Of a stretch of DNA of 64,000 nucleotides, positions 58,053 through 64,000 are shown piece by piece. The stretch is from Dermatophilaceae bacterium (GTDB lineage Bacteria; Actinomycetota; Actinomycetes; Actinomycetales; Dermatophilaceae): NCBI GenBank assembly GCA_046330995.1, contig JAXLRS010000003.1:373634-437633 (forward strand), read 5' to 3'. The position numbers and the translations under genes were made by a program. A model generated the notes under the pieces. It saw nothing but the letters and a program-made list of their open reading frames with translations, made no database searches and had not been told where the DNA came from. Within the stretch, counting starts at the first letter, position 1. Each line of letters starts with the position of its first letter.

Positions 58053-58874
58053 CTAGTGCGGGACCTCACCGAGCCGGACGTATGCCGCACGCAACACCTC
58101 GACGAGCCCGTGACCGCCGACCATCAGCTTTGTGGGTGGCACCTGGTCGAGCAGGGCGTCGCTCGGCGCGGCGATCGGCATACGGGATGGCAGTGGTGCC
58201 TGGAGCGCGAAGAAGGAGTCGAGGCACTCGATGAGCGGCACGACGTGCTCGGCGTCGGCGGGTCGGTCGACCGGGTACGTGCCAGTGCGCAGCGCGGCCA
58301 GCGTCTCGAGCAGGTCCGCGCGGGTGCGCCCGCGCCACGCGAGGATGCCGAACGGGTCCTCGTCGAAAGACTCGGCCAGCAGATAGAAGGCGGCCGCGAT
58401 GTGTTTGCAGGGCACCGACCAGTCCGGGCAGGTGCAATCCAGCGACAGCGCGCCCGCGCTGGCGGGGAACAGCGAGAGCCCGACCGAGGCGAAGGCGTCC
58501 TCGATGTCTTCGGGCATCTCGCCGGCGAGGAGCCGCGCGATGTACCACGCGTCGCGCGCGAGCTCCTCGGTGACGCGCGCCCACGCGGATTTGTCGAAGG
58601 GTGTGACGGCGATTCGCACGCGATAGGGCCGGGCGCGGGTGCCCTGGACCCATGCGCTCACCGCCCCCGGTTCGATGGTGAGGTCGATGACCTGCCCCTT
58701 GCGGGCGTATGTGCGACCCCGCTGGAGGCGCGCGCCGACACCGAGCGACTCGAGCACGGCGATGAACCGCTCGGACCACCAGGTCTGGGCGATCGCCCCG
58801 CGTCGGCTCCGGGCGCGTATGCCGTCCGCGACCGGCCGCGGCTTGGCCGGGGGTGGGTACCAGCGGCTACTCAT
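58053..58874 (-). CDS. SWIM zinc-finger protein
   Basis: CTCPDWSVPCKHIAA SWIM motif. Overlaps the stop of the upstream SNF2 gene by 8 nt. Confidence 0.85.
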   Translation of the reverse strand: MSSRWYPPPAKPRPVADGIRARSRRGAIAQTWWSERFIAVLESLGVGARLQRGRTYARKGQVIDLTIEPGAVSAWVQGTRARPYRVRIAVTPFDKSAWARVTEELARDAWYIARLLAGEMPEDIEDAFASVGLSLFPASAGALSLDCTCPDWSVPCKHIAAAFYLLAESFDEDPFGILAWRGRTRADLLETLAALRTGTYPVDRPADAEHVVPLIECLDSFFALQAPLPSRMPIAAPSDALLDQVPPTKLMVGGHGLVEVLRAAYVRLGEVPH

Positions 58875-61800
58875 CGGTGGCGTCCTCGGCGAGGGCGAAC
58901 AGGTCGCGCAGCGCGCCCGTCGACAGTTCGGTCAGCCAGCCCTCGCCATCGGTCACGACACTGTTCGCGAGGGCCTTCTTGTCCTCGATCATCGCGTCGA
59001 TCTTCTCCTCGAGGGTCCCCACGCAGACGAACTTCCGCACCTGGACGCGGCGCTTCTGACCGATCCGGAACGCGCGGTCGGTGGCCTGGTTCTCGACGGC
59101 CGGGTTCCACCAGCGGTCGAGGTGGATGACGTGGTTGGCGGCGGTGAGGTTCAGCCCGGTGCCGCCCGCCTTGAGCGAGAGGAGGAACAGCGGTGGGCCG
59201 TCGTCGGACTGGAACCGCGTGACCAGCTCGTCACGGCGCTGCTTCGAGGTCCCGCCGTGCAGATAGAGGATCTCGGTGTCGAATCGGGCAGACAGATGCG
59301 GCAGAAGCAACTCGGCGAAGTCGGTGTACTGCGTGAACAGCAGGGCCTTGTCGCCCTCGGCGAGGATCTCCTCGACGATCTCCTCCAGGCGGGTCACCTT
59401 GCCCGACCGCCGGCCGATGGGCGAGTGGTCGTGGAGCAGCTGAGCGGGGTGATTGCACACCTGCTTGAGTTTGGTCATCGCCGCCAGGACGTTTCCGCGC
59501 CGCTCGATGCCGGTGCTGGTCTCGATTCGCCGCATCATCTCATCGACGACCGACTGATAGAGGGCCGCCTGCTCGATGGTCAGGCGGTAATGCTGCGTGA
59601 TCTCGATCTTCTCCGGCAGGTCGTCGATGATCGTCGGGTCCGTCTTGACCCGGCGAAGGAGATAGGGGCGGGTGATCGTCCGCAGCCGGCCGGCGGGCTC
59701 GGTCTCTCCGTGGCGTTCGATCGGCACGGCATACCGCGCGCGGAACTTCTCGGCAGACCCGAGGATCCCCGGGTTGAGCACATCCATGATCGCCCAGAGT
59801 TCGGACAGCCGGTTCTCCATCGGGGTTCCGGTCAGGGCCACGCGATGGCGGGCAGGCAGCCGCCGCACGGCCCGCGCGGCGCGCGACTGGCTGTTCTTGA
59901 CCGCCTGCGCCTCGTCGAGAACGAGCCGTTCCCAGTCGTATGCCGCGAGCTCGTCGATGTCGCGTGTGGCGGTGTGGTAGGTGGTCACGACGAGATCGGC
60001 GGTGGCCAGGTGGTCCGCGAGGTCCGTCCCATGGCAGCGTTCCCGGCCGTGATGCGGATAGAGGCGCAGGTGCGGGGCGAAGCGGGCGGCCTCGCGCTGC
60101 CAGTTGCCGACCAGGGACATCGGGCACAGCAACAGGGTGGGGCGGGCGACGGGGCGTTCGCTGCGTTGGTGGCTTTCCAGGGCCAGCAGTTGGATCGTCT
60201 TGCCGAGCCCCATGTCGTCCGCCAGGCAGGCACCCAGGCCGAGGTCGGCGAGGAACGCCAGCCAGGACAGTCCCCGGGTCTGGTAAGGCCGCAGGTCCGC
60301 ATGGAAACCGTCGGGAGTGGCGAGGGGTTGCAGGGTCCGTTCGGCGGAGCCCGTGAGCAGGTCGCCCAGGGGACCGTCGGCGTGGATCGCCATGACCGGC
60401 AGCGGCGTGTCGAGGTCGTCGGGATGGCGGGTGGCCAGCGCGATGACCTCGCCGACCGTCGAGGGGCGAGCGGCCTGACGGGCGAGGAAGTCCAGCCCTC
60501 GCTGCAGCTGGTCGGGGTCGACGACGACCCATTGGCCGCGCAGCCGGACGAGGGGCGCCTTGGTGGCGGCGAGCGCGGCCAGTTCCTCGTCGGTCAGCGC
60601 CTCGTCGCCGACGGCGAGCTGCCACGCGAAGTCCACCAGGGAGTCCCGGCCGAACCGGCCTCCGGTCACCGTCGAGTCGGTCGGGGTGGATGCGGAACCG
60701 CGCAGGCCGAGGCGCTGCCGATGCGACCACCAGGCCGGCAGGAGGACCCCGAACCCGGCCTGGTCGAGGAGGGCGGCTCGGCAGGTGAGGAAGTCGTGGG
60801 TGCCGTGGAGGTCGAGGGCGAGGGCGTCAGGGTGGGAGGTGTGCAGAGCATCGATGAGCGCGGGATAGATCGTGCTCGCCCGGCCGAGTTCCGCCAGGAG
60901 CAATTCGTCGGGGCGGCTCAGCCAGCGGGCGAGCCCGTCGCCGCCGCTCCACACCTGCTCCGCGGCCACGAGCAGGGTGGGGTCCTGCGCCGACTGAAGC
61001 CAGAACTCCAGCCGCCAACGGGGCGCGGGCGAATCAGAGGAATCGCCGAGGTCCCCAAGGGCGGAGTCGGAGTCGGGTTCCGCGAGGCGGAAGGTCAGTC
61101 GCGCCGGGCCGGCCGGCCCGGCGCCGAACTGGGCCCACGGCGCCAGCGCCTCGGCGAGGGCGGCCACCTCGTTGGGTGTGGCCTCGAACTCGGCCACCGG
61201 TGAGGTGAGGGCGAGGAGCCAGGCGTCGGTGGGCGGCATACGTCTCGGTCGTCGGCCGCGACGCGGCGGCGGCAGGCGAGTGCTCTCTAGACGCCGGCGG
61301 ACGACGGCGTCGGTGAAAGTGGCGGTCGCGTCGCCGACCAGGGCGGTGGGGCTCTGACCGGCCGGGTCGCCGGACGCGGGGGCCTCGGCGCGGCATACGG
61401 GGGGCAGCGCAGCGGAGAGTGCGGCGGCGACGACGACGTCGGGACCTTGGAGGACCGGGCGCCAGCGTGCCTGCGGCGGCGTGTGCTCATCGCCCGGTTG
61501 GACGTCCGGGAGCACCCGGCCGCGCTCGGCCAGATCACGGGCGAACGCGGCGATGTCGGCGAGGTGGTGCATGGAGACGCCGTAGCGGGCCTCGATGATC
61601 GGCAGGTCGAGGACGTCGAGCGCCGACCTCGGATCGACGCGGACCACCGGCACGGTCCAGGGCAGCAGGATCGGCGGCTTCCCGCTCTCCCGGCGAGGCC
61701 GAAGTCGCGGAACCTCGGGTGAGTCGAGGGGCGAGCGGCTCGTGGACGGCAGCAGGAGCGTGGCCGTGCCGGGTGCCCCGGTCAGGCCGGGCACCGCGTC

Positions 61801-61944
61801 GGAGAGGTCGGCGGGAGCTGCCGCGAATGGGTGGGGTCGGGCGCTGCGGACCGCCTGGCTGGGGCTGGTGACGGGCGACTGCGAGTCTTCGGCCCACAGG
61901 CACAGCCCCCGGGTTGCCGACCAGAAACCGTGGACCACCAGCAT
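58867..61944 (-). CDS. SNF2-family helicase (HelZ-like)
   Basis: ATG at 61944 (MLVVHGFWS) in ORF 58867..62706. DDMGLGKT, DEAQAVKN and the helicase C motifs (GGTGLNLTAANHVIHLDRWWNP). Confidence 0.9.
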   Translation of the reverse strand: MLVVHGFWSATRGLCLWAEDSQSPVTSPSQAVRSARPHPFAAAPADLSDAVPGLTGAPGTATLLLPSTSRSPLDSPEVPRLRPRRESGKPPILLPWTVPVVRVDPRSALDVLDLPIIEARYGVSMHHLADIAAFARDLAERGRVLPDVQPGDEHTPPQARWRPVLQGPDVVVAAALSAALPPVCRAEAPASGDPAGQSPTALVGDATATFTDAVVRRRLESTRLPPPRRGRRPRRMPPTDAWLLALTSPVAEFEATPNEVAALAEALAPWAQFGAGPAGPARLTFRLAEPDSDSALGDLGDSSDSPAPRWRLEFWLQSAQDPTLLVAAEQVWSGGDGLARWLSRPDELLLAELGRASTIYPALIDALHTSHPDALALDLHGTHDFLTCRAALLDQAGFGVLLPAWWSHRQRLGLRGSASTPTDSTVTGGRFGRDSLVDFAWQLAVGDEALTDEELAALAATKAPLVRLRGQWVVVDPDQLQRGLDFLARQAARPSTVGEVIALATRHPDDLDTPLPVMAIHADGPLGDLLTGSAERTLQPLATPDGFHADLRPYQTRGLSWLAFLADLGLGACLADDMGLGKTIQLLALESHQRSERPVARPTLLLCPMSLVGNWQREAARFAPHLRLYPHHGRERCHGTDLADHLATADLVVTTYHTATRDIDELAAYDWERLVLDEAQAVKNSQSRAARAVRRLPARHRVALTGTPMENRLSELWAIMDVLNPGILGSAEKFRARYAVPIERHGETEPAGRLRTITRPYLLRRVKTDPTIIDDLPEKIEITQHYRLTIEQAALYQSVVDEMMRRIETSTGIERRGNVLAAMTKLKQVCNHPAQLLHDHSPIGRRSGKVTRLEEIVEEILAEGDKALLFTQYTDFAELLLPHLSARFDTEILYLHGGTSKQRRDELVTRFQSDDGPPLFLLSLKAGGTGLNLTAANHVIHLDRWWNPAVENQATDRAFRIGQKRRVQVRKFVCVGTLEEKIDAMIEDKKALANSVVTDGEGWLTELSTGALRDLFALAEDATDE

Positions 61945-62347
61945 GCAGTCTCCCGGGACCTGGTTCGTTCGGCGTGATCGGATCGACCCTACCGGTCGCA
62001 ACCGACGCTCAGCGGGACCCATCCGGTCCAGGGATCGATGGCTGATCTGTGGATCCGCTGCTCCCGGCGGTCCGTGGCCTGCTCGATGAAGCAATGTCAC
62101 TCCTGGTGCCCGCCTGGGTGGCACCGGATGTGACGTTGCCGGCACCAGAAGGCACCTGCGTAGCGTCAGGGGGGATGCTGGAGGTGGGGCCGGGTGATGT
62201 GCCGCGGACCAGCGACCTGAGCGAGGGATCACAGGGTGGGGCGCGAAGAGTTCTCGAGCCCATTCTTGGGCCAGCCAGGCACCGCCAACGCGGCTGGAAG
62301 GGGATATACGGACCACGTTTGCGCAGGTCACAGACCATTTTGGTTCT

Positions 62348-62476
62348 GCGCGCCCGAAGGTGGGCCCCAGCGGTGGCGCTGACGAAGGAAGCGCGCCCGA
62401 AGGTGGGCCCCAGCGGTGGCGCTGACGAAGGAAGCGCGCCCGAAGGGGGGCCCCAGCGGTGGCGCTGACGAAGGAA
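62348..62476. repeat. three tandem 43-bp repeats
   Basis: Units at 62348-62390, 62391-62433 and 62434-62476. Each begins with GCGCGCCCGAAGG, which is also the start of the adjacent tRNA fragment. Confidence 0.9.
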
Positions 62477-62477
62477 G

Positions 62478-62512
62478 CGCGCCCGAAGGGATTCGAACCC
62501 CTAACCTTCTGA
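62478..62512 (-). other. tRNA-Arg-like 3-prime fragment (att-like site)
   Basis: The minus strand reads TCAGAAGGTTAGGGGTTCGAATCCCTTCGGGCGCG (anticodon-stem 3-prime strand, variable loop, T-arm, acceptor 3-prime strand). No matching 5-prime acceptor or D-arm lies upstream. Confidence 0.65.
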
Positions 62513-62712
62513 TCCGTAGTTTTCCGAATCGCCCGGTCGGGGCGTCTGGAGCCGACCCGGCGCGCCTGCAGCCGACACCACGCGAGGACCCAAAGTACCA
62601 CTCTCGCAAGGCAACCGTTGGCTGCCGTGGCGTGACGGCTCTGGTCGTCTTGAGTCACCTGAACGTCGAGCCCGCGGGTTTGTGGGCCGTTTCTGGGCCG
62701 GCCCACACCTGG

Positions 62713-63177
62713 TCACCAGGGGTGCAGATGAGGCAGAAGGTGCCCCATCGCGGTGACGATGGCCCGTGCTTTCGGCAGGTCCTCGGCGATGTCATCACCG
62801 CTCAACTGCGGGCTGTCCAGCCGCGGGTAGTCGGCATCGTTGCGGGTCCGCCGCAGCCGTCCGAACGGACGCACCACAGCCCCACTTCGACCCAGCTGAG
62901 CGGCGACAGCCTCCTACACGGCGACATGCCCACCTTTGCTGGTCGCACGCAACCCCTGCACGGCCAAGACCGCGGCCATCGACTTGCGCGCCGCGGCATA
63001 CAGCAGGTCATAGCCACCCGCAGGGTCAGCCTCAGCCACGAGCTGGGCCGAGCGAAGATGCCGCTCGGCCTCCGCCAGCAGGCGCGCCGCATTCTCCGTC
63101 GACGCGGTGACGTTCTCGAGGTCGCCCGCGGCCAGCATCGCCTCGACCTCTTCCCGGCCCGTGCTCCACCCGGTCAC
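62713..63177 (-). pseudogene. HEPN-domain toxin-like gene interrupted by an in-frame TAG
   Basis: GTG at 63177. In-frame amber codon at 62914-62916. The same frame continues to TGA at 62713 and contains RRTRNDADY. Confidence 0.65.
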
Positions 63178-63764
63178 GGGCTTTCACCCCCGATGAGGGC
63201 AACCATCGGACGGGAGGTCACCGTCGCCTTGAAAGGGTCAGCGTCTGCCGCATCCCATACCTGGGGGCGCACGCGCCGTATCGACACCTCCCGACCCAGC
63301 CGCCCAGTTGCAGCCTGGGCCACCTCATCAAGCGCGTCCAGGTCGGCCGTGCCGACGACCAGCACATCAATGTCCCCCGGGACCGGGCCGGGTTGCTGGG
63401 CGTAGCGGGCCCCCCACGACCCGTAGATCCACGCCTGCCGCACCCCCGGCACCTCGGCCAGCAGCTCGCGCAACACCGGCACCGGCCCGAACGTCACCGC
63501 CATCAACGCCGCCAAGGGCCCAAAGACCGGGCTCTCGGTCTCGGCACGCACCAACCGCTGATTCCCCCGCTTGGTATGCCGCACCAGCCCGGCCTCCGCC
63601 AACCGGTCCACCTCACGCATCACCGTCGGACCCGACACCCCCACCGCCCGACCGATCTCCACCAGCGAGAACTCCTCCAGCGGATGCAGCATGATCCACG
63701 CGACGATGTCCCCCTGCGCGCGCGAGCGCAGCAGCGGTAGCAACGCCGGCGACCCTTCTTTCAT
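63174..63764 (-). CDS. wHTH plus nucleotidyltransferase (MNT) domain protein, antitoxin-like
   Basis: N-terminal ArsR-like wHTH, then GSWG...GDIDVLV nucleotidyltransferase motifs. GTGA overlap with the HEPN gene. Confidence 0.8.
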   Translation of the reverse strand: MKEGSPALLPLLRSRAQGDIVAWIMLHPLEEFSLVEIGRAVGVSGPTVMREVDRLAEAGLVRHTKRGNQRLVRAETESPVFGPLAALMAVTFGPVPVLRELLAEVPGVRQAWIYGSWGARYAQQPGPVPGDIDVLVVGTADLDALDEVAQAATGRLGREVSIRRVRPQVWDAADADPFKATVTSRPMVALIGGESP

Positions 63765-64000
63765 GAAACCAACCTTAGCATCACTTTAATGAAGGCTTGC
63801 GGCCGTGACCGGCGCAGCATCCTGAAGGCCAACGGCCGACTCGCCAGACCTCTCGCCCCCAATCGCTGGCACGGCCACCCCGCAGTGAGCGGAAAGGGAG
63901 ACGTGGATGTCCACGCGGCGACGCGCACCTAGTCGACCTGAGCGACGGCGCATCATCGGGTCCGCCGTAGGTCGAGCCAGGCCTCATCCCGGCGGATCCG

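Noticed and set aside
62478-62600. Possible complete (unusual or long) tRNA or tmRNA-like gene.
   Set aside because: No 5-prime acceptor strand complementary to CGGGCGC, no D-arm consensus and no 7-nt anticodon loop. Only the 3-prime half is tRNA-like.
63781-63987. 68-aa minus-strand ORF at the window end.
   Set aside because: Arg/Gly/Pro-rich with no supporting signal. The region is more likely the promoter of the MNT-HEPN pair.

Overview
High-G+C (about 70%) actinobacterial-type chromosomal segment, densely coding on both strands. I did this by reading the sequence and the ORF track only. CDS ends come from the track; coordinates of non-ORF features may be off by 1-2 nt, and family names are from memory, not from searches.

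Content from left to right:
- Methyltransferase, MFS transporter and a vapBC toxin-antitoxin pair.
- An Orc1/Cdc6-like AAA+ ATPase, divergent from a complete form II CO-dehydrogenase-like molybdoenzyme cluster (mocA-like, coxD, coxE, xdhC/coxF-like, coxS, coxL with AYRGAGR, coxM, coxG).
- CNNM/HlyC-type membrane protein, flavin amine oxidase, pobA-like monooxygenase with an aberrant 3-prime end, glnK-amtB and a FUSC-family protein.
- An in-frame CHAD-pirin fusion, glgP, a secreted LAS/VanY-like peptidase, mug and the ECF cobalt/nickel transporter cbiM-PDGLE-cbiQ-cbiO.
- VOC protein, a thiamine ABC importer behind a TPP riboswitch, GNAT acetyltransferase, aroQ, cspA and an LCP protein.
- Frameshifted TetR gene, tRNA-Ser(GCT), GtrA plus a GT39 glycosyltransferase, and a PhoPR-like two-component system.
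- Two PD40 beta-propeller paralogues (one decayed) flanking a Gly/Pro/Gln-repeat protein, then a DUF2461 protein and pckG.
- A ten-gene same-strand array dominated by DUF4386-like, DUF4389 and DUF6326 membrane proteins.
- A WXG100-domain fusion protein, PaaI thioesterase, a SWIM plus SNF2 helicase pair, a tRNA-Arg 3-prime fragment with 43-bp tandem repeats, and an MNT-HEPN pair whose HEPN gene carries an in-frame amber codon.

Most noteworthy observations:
1. The octamer GTATGCCG/CGGCATAC is extremely over-represented: about 80 copies in coding and non-coding DNA, with multi-kb gaps.
2. The 50.2-56.4 kb membrane-protein array is bracketed by about 95-bp direct repeats of the start region of a WXG100 gene, is poor in the octamer, and abuts a WXG100 fusion gene that has lost its own stop codon.
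3. A 22-bp-periodic repeat element (GTCGAGAGRTCAAATAG) occurs at two loci.
4. An att-like tRNA fragment with tandem repeats marks a probable integrated element carrying the MNT-HEPN pair.
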